A stretch of 60,116 nt of DNA from a bacterium (GTDB lineage: Bacteria; Bacillota; Clostridia; Lachnospirales; Lachnospiraceae), in contig CAVCBH010000122.1 of the NCBI GenBank assembly GCA_963600375.1, positions 1-60,116 on the forward strand. The letters run 5' to 3'. Below, piece by piece: positions 29,679 to 40,298 of the stretch (within the stretch, counting starts at the first letter, position 1; each line of letters begins with the position of its first letter). A program made the position numbers and the translations under genes. The notes below the pieces were generated by a model. That model saw nothing but the letters and a program-made list of their open reading frames with translations, was not told the origin of the DNA and ran no database searches.

Positions 29679-29802
29679 AAAAAATTGAGCGATTTGTGGA
29701 GGAGAAGGGGATTCAGTTTGCTATCTTCTGCTTGCTCGGTTTTTCGTCTGTCCGTCAACCTCCCCTTGACTTCACATAACCGCCTTTTTCAGCTTTCGTC
29801 TG
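29679..29802 (-). repeat. degenerate inverted family A-related ends
   Basis: CGTCTG at 29745 and 29797; reverse complement of 29745-29775 (GAAGTCAAGGGGAGGTTGACGGACAGACG) resembles the left flank of A6 (AAAGCCAGGGGAAACTGGCGGACAGACG). Confidence 0.55.
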
Positions 29803-29803
29803 T

Positions 29804-30904
29804 TTATTCAACCACGATAGATTCCGCATAAATCCTCTCGATATCTCCCCTTGTTAATTCAAAAGGACATGTAGCCAATTTTGAAGTGTTCTCCATCATC
29901 CTGTCTATGTAGAAGGTGACTTCTTTTTCTGTCAAGCTGACTGTGCCAAGGATTTCTGTTAAGTAAGCGGCGAAGTCATCAAGGTTTTTGAAGCCTAAGA
30001 GGAAAAGGATTTCTTCCACATCTTCTGGTTTATGTTCTGCATAGACGCGGAGGTAAGCTGCGAGGAAGATACCGCAGGCTTTTCCATGTGCGACTCTGTT
30101 ATGGTAAGTTACATCATAGCTTAATGCATGTGGAATGGAAGTTCCGGTCTGGGCGATTGCCATACCTGCGATGGTGGAAGTGAGCATGAGTTTTTCTGCG
30201 AGTTCTTCGCTTAACTCTTCATCAGAGCGAAGGAATGGAACAATGTCTCTCCAGAGTTTTAATGCGTAGTTTGCAAACATCTGATTATAGATATTTGTCT
30301 GGATACTTACACGGCTTTCGGCAGCGTGTGCGAGAGCATCAACGCAAGTGTTGATTAAGAGATTTTTACTTGCGGACAGTAAATATTTACCGTCAATGAG
30401 GGCAATATTCGGGAAAATTTTATAGGAAATACTTTTCTTCGTCTCTTTATCGTGACGAGTCAAAACAGAGACAGGGGTAACTTCTGAGCCAGTACCGCAG
30501 GTTGTTGGAACAGCGGCGATTGGAAGTGTTTTTAAATCTTTTGCTATATAGAAGCAGTCTCCGGTTTCTTCTGGATTGGCAATTAACAAAGCGATAGCTT
30601 TCGATGCGTCTAATGGAGAACCGCCACCGATGCCGATAACGAAGTCAGCTTTGAATTCTTTACCAATTTCTGCGGCTCTTACAACAGTTTCAACAGATGG
30701 ATTTTCTTCGATTTCATTGAAAATCTTATAAGGAACGGAAGCTTCCTCTAAAACAGCGACAACATCGTCAAGAGAACCATTTTTTTTGGAAGAACTGTGG
30801 CCGGTGATGACAAATGCTCTTGTTCCTAAAGCAAGAAGTTCTTTTTTGTGATTCTGTACACAGTTCTTTTCTGCATAAGTATTTGTAGGGTCAAAAAAAC
30901 GCAT
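29804..30904 (-). CDS. iron-containing alcohol dehydrogenase family protein
   Basis: IGGGSPLD, VPTTCGTGSEVT, DALAHAAE, PHALS, AHG. Confidence 0.93.
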   Translation of the reverse strand: MRFFDPTNTYAEKNCVQNHKKELLALGTRAFVITGHSSSKKNGSLDDVVAVLEEASVPYKIFNEIEENPSVETVVRAAEIGKEFKADFVIGIGGGSPLDASKAIALLIANPEETGDCFYIAKDLKTLPIAAVPTTCGTGSEVTPVSVLTRHDKETKKSISYKIFPNIALIDGKYLLSASKNLLINTCVDALAHAAESRVSIQTNIYNQMFANYALKLWRDIVPFLRSDEELSEELAEKLMLTSTIAGMAIAQTGTSIPHALSYDVTYHNRVAHGKACGIFLAAYLRVYAEHKPEDVEEILFLLGFKNLDDFAAYLTEILGTVSLTEKEVTFYIDRMMENTSKLATCPFELTRGDIERIYAESIVVE

Positions 30905-30967
30905 GATAAACTCCTTTCATGGTCAGACTAATCGCAAATGCGATTTTAATAGTAAAATAGATGAGAA

Positions 30968-31130
30968 TAGAGTGTGTTAAAAAAGTCATTCCTGCAATCT
31001 GCACACCCCAATTTACGGTATATTTTGCCTTCATTCGGTTAGTGTAGCTCACTACGCTGCCCTCGTTCAGGAAAAATCTTCCACAAATTGTAACGCACAT
31101 CTTACAGAAAGCATTTTCAAACACACTTTA
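30968..31130 (+). mobile_element. Family B MITE, full-length (~163 bp)
   Basis: TIRs TAGAGTGTGTTAAAAA / TTTTCAAACACACTTTA; subterminal TCATTCCTGCAATCTGCACA; central hairpin GTGTAGCTCACTACGC; non-coding. Confidence 0.8.
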
Positions 31131-31341
31131 GTGTAGCATAAGCGAAAGAAAAATTGCAAATTTCAGAGCCTTTTTTCGCTTTTTTCAAGGGTTTTCTGAT
31201 TTTCGGCTTGCAGTATCCGGTGATTATGTTAAGATATACTGTGAGACTTTATCTAATCATATAAAAAACAAAATGTTGGAGTATAGTAATGATGGAATCA
31301 GGGGTATACAGATGACATTTTCAGAAATTAAGGAGGTACCA

Positions 31342-31998
31342 ATGAAGAAGATATTAGCGCCGTCTATTTTATCTGCTGATTTTGCAAATCTCGGTCGGGA
31401 TGTTTTATCTGCGATTGATGCCGGAGCAGAATATGTGCATATTGATGTTATGGACGGAATGTTTGTCCCTCAGATTTCTTTTGGAAATCCTGTAATTAAG
31501 GCACTTCGTCCACTGACAGATGTGGCTTTTGACGCACATTTGATGATAGAAGATCCTGGAAGATATATTGAAGACTTTGCGAAAGCAGGGGCAGATATTA
31601 TTACAGTACATGCAGAGGCCTGTACACATCTTGACAGAGTAGTTCATCAGATTAAAGATTGCGGTAAGAAGGCGGCAGTTGCGATTAATCCTGCCACACC
31701 ACTTTCTGCGATTGAGTATGTTTTACCAGAACTGGATATGGTTTTAATTATGACTGTAAATCCGGGATTTGGGGGGCAGAAGTATATTCCTTACTGCGGC
31801 GAGAAGGTTCGCGCACTTCGTAAGATGATCACCGAGAAGAATCTTGATGTAGATATTCAGGTTGACGGTGGAGTGAAAGCTTCGAATATAGCAGAGATAG
31901 CAGAATGTGGGGCCAATGTATTTGTATGTGGTTCTGCTGTATTTGAAGGAGATATTCAGAAGAATGTCAAAGAGATTTTAGAACAGATGAATAAGTAA
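31342..31998 (+). CDS. rpe: ribulose-phosphate 3-epimerase
   Basis: LAPSILSADF, HIDVMDG.FVP, DAHLM, MTVNPGFGGQ, VDGGV; AAGGAGG RBS. Confidence 0.97.
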   Translation: MKKILAPSILSADFANLGRDVLSAIDAGAEYVHIDVMDGMFVPQISFGNPVIKALRPLTDVAFDAHLMIEDPGRYIEDFAKAGADIITVHAEACTHLDRVVHQIKDCGKKAAVAINPATPLSAIEYVLPELDMVLIMTVNPGFGGQKYIPYCGEKVRALRKMITEKNLDVDIQVDGGVKASNIAEIAECGANVFVCGSAVFEGDIQKNVKEILEQMNK

Positions 31999-32116
31999 AT
32001 GTTACAAATGATTAAGGGGTAAATTCAGTGAAAACTGAGCAGGTAATTTCTAAAGAAATTGATAAAATTTTAATAGAGATTTCATGAAAAATTTAGTTAA
32101 ATAAGAGGTAAATATT

Positions 32117-32947
32117 ATGAGCGATTGTACACATGATTGTAGTAGTTGTGGTGAAAGCTGTGCACAGAGAGAGTCTAAACCGGAAGATTTTCTTGTAAAG
32201 TTAAGTAAAGGAAGTTCTGTTAAGAAGGTTATCGGTGTTGTATCCGGTAAAGGTGGCGTAGGTAAATCTATGGTAACTTCTCTTCTTGCAGCAGCTTCCA
32301 TGAGAGAAGGATACAAGACAGCTATCTTAGATGGAGATATTACAGGGCCATCTATTCCAAAGGCATTTGGTCTTTCCATGAATCTTGTAGGTAATGCAGA
32401 AGGGCTGATTCTGCCAGCAACAACAACTTGCGGAATCGATATCGTTTCTGTTAACTTAATGCTTGCAAATGAGACAGATCCAGTTATCTGGAGAGGCCCT
32501 GTTCTTGGTGGAGTAATCAAGCAGTTCTGGGGAGAAACATTATGGCAGAACATTGACTATATGTTTATCGATATGCCTCCAGGAACTGGTGATGTACCAC
32601 TGACTATTTTCCAGTCTGTTCCGTTAGATGGTATTGTTATCGTATCTTCTCCACAGGAATTAGTTGGAATGATCGTAGAAAAAGCAGTGAATATGGCAAG
32701 AATGATGAATGTTCCAATTCTTGGTTTAGTAGAAAATATGAGTTATGTAGAGTGTCCTGACTGTGGTAAACAGATTAAGGTATTTGGAGAAAGCCATATT
32801 GATGAGATCGCAGCAGAGTATGCTGTACCTGTTCTGGCTAAACTTCCAATGGATCCAACACTTGCCGCAGCCTGTGATGCAGGAAAGATTGAGTACGTTG
32901 AAAATAATTATATGAAAGATGCCATTGAGGTATTGAAGAAGTTATAA
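32117..32947 (+). CDS. Mrp/ApbC/NBP35 family Fe-S cluster carrier ATPase
   Basis: SGKGGVGKS, DITGPS, VIWRGP, DMPPGTGD, VENMS..CPDCG. Confidence 0.95.
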   Translation: MSDCTHDCSSCGESCAQRESKPEDFLVKLSKGSSVKKVIGVVSGKGGVGKSMVTSLLAAASMREGYKTAILDGDITGPSIPKAFGLSMNLVGNAEGLILPATTTCGIDIVSVNLMLANETDPVIWRGPVLGGVIKQFWGETLWQNIDYMFIDMPPGTGDVPLTIFQSVPLDGIVIVSSPQELVGMIVEKAVNMARMMNVPILGLVENMSYVECPDCGKQIKVFGESHIDEIAAEYAVPVLAKLPMDPTLAAACDAGKIEYVENNYMKDAIEVLKKL

Positions 32948-32970
32948 TAGGAAACGTCATGGAGGCGTAA

Positions 32971-34962
32971 ATGAACAATAAAAATAATCAGAATGATAAT
33001 CCAAACAAAAAGAAGAATATAAAGTCTGCGATTATTCTGCTGGTCGTTTGTCTTGGAATTACAGTTCTCTTTACTTCTGTGATGAGCCGTTATAAGAATG
33101 GTTCCCAGAAGAAGATTTCGTACAGTAAGTTCCTTACGATGTTAGATAAGGGAGAGATTAAAAAGGTACAGGTCGCAGAACGAAAGATTTACATTGAACC
33201 AAAGACACAGCAGAATCCGTTAATGAAGACCACATATTATGTAGTGTCAATGAATGATGCATTGCTTGTTAATCGTCTGAAAGAAGCGGAAGATCAGAAT
33301 AAGATCAGTTCCTATGAGCAGCAGGACAACAGCAGTTCGAATGTACTTCTTTCTGTTATGGTAAGCTATGTACTTCCATTTGCGCTGATTTATGCGATGA
33401 TGTATTTTGTCATGCGTGGAATCGGCAAAGGCGGCGGTATGATGGGCAGCGTAGGAAAGAGCAACGCGAAAGTATATGTCGAGAAGAAGACTGGAGTTAC
33501 TTTTGCAGACGTAGCCGGTCAGGATGAGGCGAAGGAAAGTCTTACTGAGATGGTAGATTTCCTGCATAATCCAGGCAAATACATCGAAATCGGTGCGAGA
33601 CTTCCAAAGGGTGCTCTGTTAGTAGGTCCTCCGGGAACCGGTAAAACTTTACTTGCAAAGGCAGTAGCCGGAGAGGCAAATGTACCATTCTTTTCTCTGA
33701 GTGGTTCAGACTTTGTAGAAATGTTCGTCGGTGTCGGTGCATCCCGAGTGCGTGACTTATTTAAGCAGGCACAGTCTATGGCACCTTGCATCATTTTCAT
33801 TGATGAAATTGATGCGATCGGTAAGAGCCGTGACAGCCGCTATGGCGGTGGTAATGATGAGCGTGAGCAGACATTAAATGCATTGCTTGCAGAGATGGAT
33901 GGATTTGATTCTTCCAGGGGTCTTGTTATCTTAGCGGCTACAAACCGCCCGGAAGTATTAGATAAGGCGCTCCTCAGACCAGGCCGTTTTGACAGACGAG
34001 TTATTGTAGAACGTCCAGACTTAAAAGGTCGTGTCGAGACATTAAAAGTACATGCGAAGAACGTTAAGATGGATGAGACTGTTAACTTTGACGAGATTGC
34101 GCTTGCAACGTCTGGAGCGGTTGGGTCTGATCTTGCCAACATGATTAATGAGGCGGCGCTTGCAGCAGTCAAAGCTGGAAGAGAAGCGGTATCTCAGAAA
34201 GATCTTTTAGAGGCAGTGGAAGTTGTCATTGCCGGTAAGGAAAAGAAAGATCGTATTCTCGGTGAAAAAGAAAAGAAAATCGTTGCTTATCACGAAGTTG
34301 GTCATGCAATGGCAATCGCTGTACAAAAGAATACAGAACCAGTGCAGAAGATTACGATTGTTCCAAGAACAATGGGGGCACTTGGTTATACCATGCAGGT
34401 TCCAGAAGAAGAGAAATATCTTATGAGCAAGGAGCAGATGCTCGGCGAATTAGTTACCCTTTTTGGTGGACGTGCGGCAGAAGAAGTTATTTTCCATTCT
34501 GTTACAACAGGTGCTTCTAATGATATTGAGCGTGCAACCCAGATTGCAAGAGCGATGGTAACACAGTATGGTATGTCTGAGAAGTTTGGTCTTATGGGAC
34601 TCGAATCTGTACAGAACCGTTATCTTGACGGACGTGCTGTGATGAACTGTTCTGATGCAACCGGAGCACTCATCGATGAGGAAGTAAAAGAAATGCTGAA
34701 AGTGGCATACGATAAGGCGAAAAAAATTATTGAAGACCACAGAGAAGTTATGGATGAGATCGCAGCATTCTTAATTGAGAAAGAGACAATCACTGGTAAG
34801 GAATTTATGGAGATCTATAACAGATCTTTAAAGAAGGACGCACCAGATAATGTTGAGACAGATCAGACAGAAAGCACTGAAACAGAAAAGTCTGAGACAA
34901 AATCAGAGCAGCCAGAGGATGCTGAACAAAAAGACAGTGAGCAAACAAAACAGGAAGAGTAA
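32971..34962 (+). CDS. ftsH: ATP-dependent zinc metalloprotease FtsH
   Basis: two TM segments, [29 protein letters not shown]. Confidence 0.96.
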   Translation: MNNKNNQNDNPNKKKNIKSAIILLVVCLGITVLFTSVMSRYKNGSQKKISYSKFLTMLDKGEIKKVQVAERKIYIEPKTQQNPLMKTTYYVVSMNDALLVNRLKEAEDQNKISSYEQQDNSSSNVLLSVMVSYVLPFALIYAMMYFVMRGIGKGGGMMGSVGKSNAKVYVEKKTGVTFADVAGQDEAKESLTEMVDFLHNPGKYIEIGARLPKGALLVGPPGTGKTLLAKAVAGEANVPFFSLSGSDFVEMFVGVGASRVRDLFKQAQSMAPCIIFIDEIDAIGKSRDSRYGGGNDEREQTLNALLAEMDGFDSSRGLVILAATNRPEVLDKALLRPGRFDRRVIVERPDLKGRVETLKVHAKNVKMDETVNFDEIALATSGAVGSDLANMINEAALAAVKAGREAVSQKDLLEAVEVVIAGKEKKDRILGEKEKKIVAYHEVGHAMAIAVQKNTEPVQKITIVPRTMGALGYTMQVPEEEKYLMSKEQMLGELVTLFGGRAAEEVIFHSVTTGASNDIERATQIARAMVTQYGMSEKFGLMGLESVQNRYLDGRAVMNCSDATGALIDEEVKEMLKVAYDKAKKIIEDHREVMDEIAAFLIEKETITGKEFMEIYNRSLKKDAPDNVETDQTESTETEKSETKSEQPEDAEQKDSEQTKQEE

Positions 34963-34965
34963 ATT

Positions 34966-36855
34966 ATGTTTGATATTCAGGAAGAACTGAAAAAGCTCCC
35001 GGCGAAGCCGGGGGTGTATCTGATGCATAATGCACAGGATGAGATTATCTATGTGGGTAAAGCACGAATTCTTAAGAACCGTGTGCGTCAGTATTTTCAG
35101 AGCAGTTATAATAAGAGTGTAAAAATCCAGCACATGGTTTCTCATATCGCTTATTTTGAATATATCATCACAGACTCGGAGCTTGAGGCTCTGGTTTTAG
35201 AATGTAATCTGATTAAAGAACACCGCCCGCATTATAACACAATGCTTAAGGATGACAAGAGTTATCCGTACATCCGTGTTACGGTACAGGAGGATTATCC
35301 GCGAATTTTATTCTGCCGTCAGGTGAAAAGGGATAAATCGAAATATTTCGGTCCGTATACCAGTGCAGGAGCGGTAAAAGATACAATTGAACTAATGAGA
35401 AAAGTATACAAAATACGGAGTTGCAGCCGGTCTTTGCCTAAAGAGATAGGGAAGGGCCGGCCCTGTCTTTATCATCAGATAAATCAGTGTGATGCGCCGT
35501 GTCAGAATTACATTTCAAAGGAAGAGTACCGCGCTCATGTGGATAAGGCATTAAAGTTTTTAAATGGTGATGAAAAAGAAATCATAAACAGTCTGGAAGA
35601 GAAAATGAAAAAAGCTGCGGTTGAGCTTGAATTTGAGCAGGCAGCAGAATACCGTGACTTAATTGAAAATGTAAAACGAATCGGAGAGAAGCAGAAGATC
35701 AATGATACGGGTGGAGATGACAGAGATATTATTGCCATGGCAAAAGCAGGTGATGAGGCTGTTGTGGCGATTTTCTTTATCCGAAGCGGTAAACTTCTTG
35801 GAAGAAATCATTTTCATATGACGGGAATCGGTGACAGCGAGAAGCAGGAGATTATCACAGACTTTATTAAACAGTTTTATGTGGGAACTCCATTTATTCC
35901 AAAAGAGATATTGACGCAGGATCGGGTTCTTGATCAGGAAATTCTTGAAAAATGGCTTTCAGACAAACGAGGCGCAAAGGTGACATTTGCCATTCCAAAG
36001 CGTGGAAGTAAGTATCAGATGATGGAACTTGCAAGAAAAAATGCGCAGAACGTACTTATTCAGGATAGTGAAAAGTTAAAGCGGGAAGAACATCGAACAA
36101 TCGGAGCGGTACATGAGTTAGAGCAGGTTCTTGGAATTCAGAACTTAAACCGTATGGAAGCTTTTGATATTTCCAATACAAATGGATATGAAAATGTTGC
36201 TTCCATGGTTGTTTTTGAAAAGGGAAAGGCAAAGCGAAGCGATTATCGTAAGTTTAAGATAAAAACAGTAGCCGGACCGGATGATTATCATTGTATGGAA
36301 GAAGCGCTGGAGCGAAGATTTTCCCATGGTATCAGAGAACAGAAAGAACGGGAAGAAAAGGGACAGGATATGTCGCTTGGAAGTTTTACCCGTTTCCCGG
36401 ATATTCTCATGATGGACGGAGGAAAAGGACAAGTCAGTATTGCACTGAAGGTTCTTCAAAAATTAGGATTAAATATTCCTGTCTGTGGTATGGTAAAAGA
36501 TGATTTTCACCGCACAAGGGCTTTGTATTACAATAATGAGATTATTGAATTCCCTAAAAATTCTGAGGCATTTCGAATGATAACTCGATTGCAGGACGAG
36601 GCGCACCGCTTCGCAATTACCTATCATAAAGCACTTCGTGGAAAAGAGCAGGTACACTCGGTACTTGATGATATTAAAGGCATCGGGCCGGCACGAAGAA
36701 AGAACCTTATGAAGCATTTTAAGGACATAGGGAAAATAAAAGAAGCTTCTGTAGAAGAACTTTGCAAAGTAGACGGAATTACGGAAAATGTAGCCGAAGA
36801 AATTTACCGCTTTTTTCACACGGACACTTCTAAAAAAAATAGGGATGTGGTATGA
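34966..36855 (+). CDS. uvrC: excinuclease ABC subunit C
   Basis: GIY-YIG PGVYLM..IYVGKA, UVR domain, EAFDIS, DGGKGQ, C-terminal HhH. Confidence 0.97.
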   Translation: MFDIQEELKKLPAKPGVYLMHNAQDEIIYVGKARILKNRVRQYFQSSYNKSVKIQHMVSHIAYFEYIITDSELEALVLECNLIKEHRPHYNTMLKDDKSYPYIRVTVQEDYPRILFCRQVKRDKSKYFGPYTSAGAVKDTIELMRKVYKIRSCSRSLPKEIGKGRPCLYHQINQCDAPCQNYISKEEYRAHVDKALKFLNGDEKEIINSLEEKMKKAAVELEFEQAAEYRDLIENVKRIGEKQKINDTGGDDRDIIAMAKAGDEAVVAIFFIRSGKLLGRNHFHMTGIGDSEKQEIITDFIKQFYVGTPFIPKEILTQDRVLDQEILEKWLSDKRGAKVTFAIPKRGSKYQMMELARKNAQNVLIQDSEKLKREEHRTIGAVHELEQVLGIQNLNRMEAFDISNTNGYENVASMVVFEKGKAKRSDYRKFKIKTVAGPDDYHCMEEALERRFSHGIREQKEREEKGQDMSLGSFTRFPDILMMDGGKGQVSIALKVLQKLGLNIPVCGMVKDDFHRTRALYYNNEIIEFPKNSEAFRMITRLQDEAHRFAITYHKALRGKEQVHSVLDDIKGIGPARRKNLMKHFKDIGKIKEASVEELCKVDGITENVAEEIYRFFHTDTSKKNRDVV

Positions 36856-37068
36856 TAAACGTATTAGATACTAACGTAACTCTATGAAATTATACACAGG
36901 GAAAAAGTATTGCCGCTGACTGATTCATATACAAACCAAAGGATATGGGCTTTACGATGAAGAAGAGTAAACCAGTAATCTTGGCTGGCAGATATTGTGT
37001 GCGAACTCTGCTGTATAGTTTGCGAGAAAAATGAATTTAATGAAAAGCGGATAATTACGGAGGAGATT

Positions 37069-38013
37069 ATGTACAAAGTAAAACTTACAGAATTTGTAAA
37101 TAAGATGAATTTAAAAAGTCTTTTACCAGATATTGATACAGATAGCATCATGATTGAGCAGTCTGCGGTAAACCGTCTTGCATTACAGCTTGCCGGATTT
37201 TTTGAACATTTTGATTCAGAGAGAATTCAGGTGATCGGTAATGTTGAGGCGGCCTATATGAAACAGCTTGCACCGGAGTCTGTCCCTCCGCTTTGTGAGA
37301 AGATTTTCAGCTTTAATATTCCATGTCTTGTATTTTGTCGTGGCTTAGAACCAGTAGCTGAAATGCTTGATACAGCCGAGAAGAATGGGGTTCCAATCTT
37401 TACTACGGAGATGACAACATCTGATTTTATCGCGAATTCTGTACGTTGGCTGAGTGAGGAACTTGCTCCACGTATTTCCATTCATGGTGTTTTAGTTGAT
37501 GTGTATGGTGAAGGTGTTCTGATCATGGGTGAGAGTGGAATCGGAAAAAGTGAGGCTGCTCTTGAACTGATCCACCGTGGTCACCGTCTGGTATCCGATG
37601 ATGTTGTTGAAATTCGTAAGATCAGTGATGATACATTGATGGGAACTTCACCAGATATCACAAGACATTTTATTGAGCTTCGTGGTATTGGTATCGTAGA
37701 TGTAAAGACACTGTTTGGTGTAGAGAGTGTAATGTACAACCAGACAATTGATATGGTTATCCGTTTAGAAGACTGGAACAGAGAAGCGAACTATGACAGA
37801 CTGGGTCTTGATGAAGATTATATCGAGTTCCTTGGTAATAAGGTCGTATGTTATTCCATTCCAATTCGTCCGGGCCGTAACCTTGCAGTTATCGTAGAGT
37901 CCGCAGCGATTAATTATCGTGCAAAGAAGATGGGATATAATGCAGCACAGGAACTGTATAATCGTGTTACAGGAAGCCTTGCTACTAATACAGAAGCTGG
38001 AAAACAAGAGTAA
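37069..38013 (+). CDS. hprK: HPr kinase/phosphorylase
   Basis: GVLIMGESGIGKSE, LVSDDVV, IELRGIGI, PIRPGRN; start ATG 37069 with GGAGG RBS. Confidence 0.97.
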   Translation: MYKVKLTEFVNKMNLKSLLPDIDTDSIMIEQSAVNRLALQLAGFFEHFDSERIQVIGNVEAAYMKQLAPESVPPLCEKIFSFNIPCLVFCRGLEPVAEMLDTAEKNGVPIFTTEMTTSDFIANSVRWLSEELAPRISIHGVLVDVYGEGVLIMGESGIGKSEAALELIHRGHRLVSDDVVEIRKISDDTLMGTSPDITRHFIELRGIGIVDVKTLFGVESVMYNQTIDMVIRLEDWNREANYDRLGLDEDYIEFLGNKVVCYSIPIRPGRNLAVIVESAAINYRAKKMGYNAAQELYNRVTGSLATNTEAGKQE

Positions 38014-38043
38014 TTAAAAGTTTGTGGAAGTGACAATTTGAAT

Positions 38044-38208
38044 CAGAATATGTTTGAAAAATCATTCCTGCAATCTGTATATTCCCAATTTGTGAAATGT
38101 TTTTCCTGTATTCAGTTGACGTGGTCCATTACGACAAACTTGTTTGGGAGAAATCTTTCACAAAGGGTAATGCACATTTTGCAGCAAGTATTTTTCAAGC
38201 ATACTCTG
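38044..38208 (+). mobile_element. Family B MITE, diverged full-length copy
   Basis: CAGAATATGTTTGAAAAATCATTCCTGCAATCTG ... TATTTTTCAAGCATACTCTG, colinear with 30968-31130. Confidence 0.78.
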
Positions 38209-38329
38209 GGGGATATTTGGTGTAATTTTTTGTCCGGGAATTTTCGAACAAAAGTATGCATGAAACTTTTTTGTACAGCAGTTGTTCTGGAATAGGGCAA
38301 GATTATTAGCTTTTTTTAGCATTTTATCT

Positions 38330-38354
38330 AAAGGGAGAGGGAAAGCTCCCTTTT
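38330..38354 (+). terminator. intrinsic terminator
   Basis: AAAGGGAG-loop-CTCCCTTTT followed by T-rich tract. Confidence 0.6.
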
Positions 38355-38373
38355 ATTTTGTGTTTTTTCTACA

Positions 38374-38441
38374 TTGTACTTCCTTTCGTTTTAGAGTATC
38401 ATATAGTGTGTATCTAAATATAGGATGCAACTATATAGTTG
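38374..38441 (+). promoter_or_regulatory. murB operon promoter with downstream palindrome
   Basis: TTGTAC-17-TATCAT (38374-38402); perfect palindrome CAACTATATAGTTG at 38428-38441. Confidence 0.5.
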
Positions 38442-38476
38442 TTAGAGTGTTTTAGATGAGATATATAGGAGATATT

Positions 38477-39406
38477 ATGAATAGGGAATTCCTTCAGAAT
38501 TTGAGAGAGCAGATTAATTTAGGAACAGTTACAGAGCAGGAGCTGATGAGTAAGCACACGAGCCTTGCTATTGGAGGTCCGGCAGATGTTTTTGTTCAAC
38601 CGGCAACAAAGGAAGAGATCAAAGGTGCAGTTTGCTGTGCAAAAGAAGCGGGAGTTCCTTTTTTTGTTATGGGTAATGGAAGCAACCTGCTGGTATCAGA
38701 CGAAGGTTTTCGTGGCATGATTATCCAGATAGGAAAGAACTTCCAGGAGATTTCTGTGCAGGATACAGTAATTGAAGTACAGGCCGGAGCGCTTCTTAGC
38801 AGAACAGCGCGAGCAGCATGGAATGCCGGACTTACCGGCTTTGAATTTGCAGCAGGAATTCCAGGTTCTACAGGTGGAGCTGTCGCTATGAATGCGGGAG
38901 CATACGGTGGAGAGATTAAAGATGTTCTTCTTGATGCGCAGGTGTTAACGCAGGAAGGCGAATTCCTGACATTGACGGGAGAGGAATTGGATTTATCTTA
39001 CCGTCACAGTTGTATTTTTGAAAAAGATTATGTTGTATTATCTGCACGTTTCGCATTTGAAAAGGGTGATAAAGATAAGATTCGGGCACGAATGGATGAG
39101 CTGGCCAAAGCCAGAAGAGAGAAACAGCCTCTGGAATTTCCAAGTGCTGGAAGTACATTTAAAAGACCGGAAGGCTATTTCGCAGGAAAGTTAATTCAGG
39201 ATGCCGGATTAAAAGGATATACCGTAGGCGGTGCACAGGTGTCAGAGAAGCATAGTGGATTTGTAATTAACCGCGGTGGTGCCACAGCGGAAGAAGTCGT
39301 TTTCTTAATAAGACAGGTACAGAAAAAAGTAATGAAACAGTTTAATGTTATGATGCAGCCGGAAGTTCGTTTTATCGGATTTACAGATACAGAGGTGAGA
39401 AAGTGA
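38477..39406 (+). CDS. murB: UDP-N-acetylenolpyruvoylglucosamine reductase
   Basis: HT..IGGPA, MGNGSNLL, GIPGS.GG...MNAGA, QPLEFPSAGSTFKRP, SEKH. Confidence 0.97.
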   Translation: MNREFLQNLREQINLGTVTEQELMSKHTSLAIGGPADVFVQPATKEEIKGAVCCAKEAGVPFFVMGNGSNLLVSDEGFRGMIIQIGKNFQEISVQDTVIEVQAGALLSRTARAAWNAGLTGFEFAAGIPGSTGGAVAMNAGAYGGEIKDVLLDAQVLTQEGEFLTLTGEELDLSYRHSCIFEKDYVVLSARFAFEKGDKDKIRARMDELAKARREKQPLEFPSAGSTFKRPEGYFAGKLIQDAGLKGYTVGGAQVSEKHSGFVINRGGATAEEVVFLIRQVQKKVMKQFNVMMQPEVRFIGFTDTEVRK

Positions 39407-40278
39407 GATTTGTAATAGTTTCTGGCATGTCAGGTGCCGGAAAGAGTACGGCACTGAAGGTACTTGAAGATTTTGGGTTCTTTTGTGTAGATAATCTGCC
39501 GGTGGTATTGCTTCCGAATTTTGGAGAGATTGCATTTGACAGACAGACAGAAGTAGATAAGGTTGCAGTTGGAGTAGATATCCGTAATGGAGAGCAGCTT
39601 TCCAGATTGAACAGTCAGTTAGACATTTTATGCGAGCTGGGAATCGAATATGAAATCTTATTTCTGGATGCAGACGATGAAACTCTTGTCAAGCGATATA
39701 AAGAAACAAGGCGAACACATCCTCTTGCGAAGGAAGACCGCATAGAAACGGGGATTGCAAGAGAACGTGAGATGATTTCTTTCATCAGAGACAGAGCGGA
39801 TTATATTATTGATACGACGACTCTTCTTACCAGAGAATTACGTCAGGAAGTTGAGAAGATTTTTGTTGGAGATGAAAGTTATGGTAATTTTATTATTACA
39901 GTACTTTCTTTCGGATTCAAATACGGAATTCCGTCAGATGCGGATCTCGTATTTGATGTACGTTTTCTTCCGAATCCTTATTATGAACAGGCGTTACGCC
40001 CACTTACAGGGAATGATCGTGCCATTCAGGAATATGTTATGAAGAATGGAGATGGGCGAAAGTTTCTTGATAAATTAGAAGATTTGATGCAGTTTCTCAT
40101 CCCACGTTATCTGGATGAGGGAAAGAACAGTCTGGTTATTGGCATAGGATGTACAGGTGGTAAGCATCGTTCAGTTACAATAACAAATGGATTATATGCA
40201 AGATTAAAGAAGCTTCCATACACCGTTCGTATGGAACACAGGGATATCGAAAAAGATGCCCGGACAAAAGGAAAGTAA
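39403..40278 (+). CDS. rapZ: RapZ/YvcJ-family P-loop nucleotide-binding protein
   Basis: SGMSGAGKS, VDNLP, SFGFKYGIP, DVRFLPNP, GCTGGKHRSV. Confidence 0.95.
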   Translation: MRFVIVSGMSGAGKSTALKVLEDFGFFCVDNLPVVLLPNFGEIAFDRQTEVDKVAVGVDIRNGEQLSRLNSQLDILCELGIEYEILFLDADDETLVKRYKETRRTHPLAKEDRIETGIAREREMISFIRDRADYIIDTTTLLTRELRQEVEKIFVGDESYGNFIITVLSFGFKYGIPSDADLVFDVRFLPNPYYEQALRPLTGNDRAIQEYVMKNGDGRKFLDKLEDLMQFLIPRYLDEGKNSLVIGIGCTGGKHRSVTITNGLYARLKKLPYTVRMEHRDIEKDARTKGK

Positions 40279-40298
40279 TCAAAGGAAGGAGATAGAAT

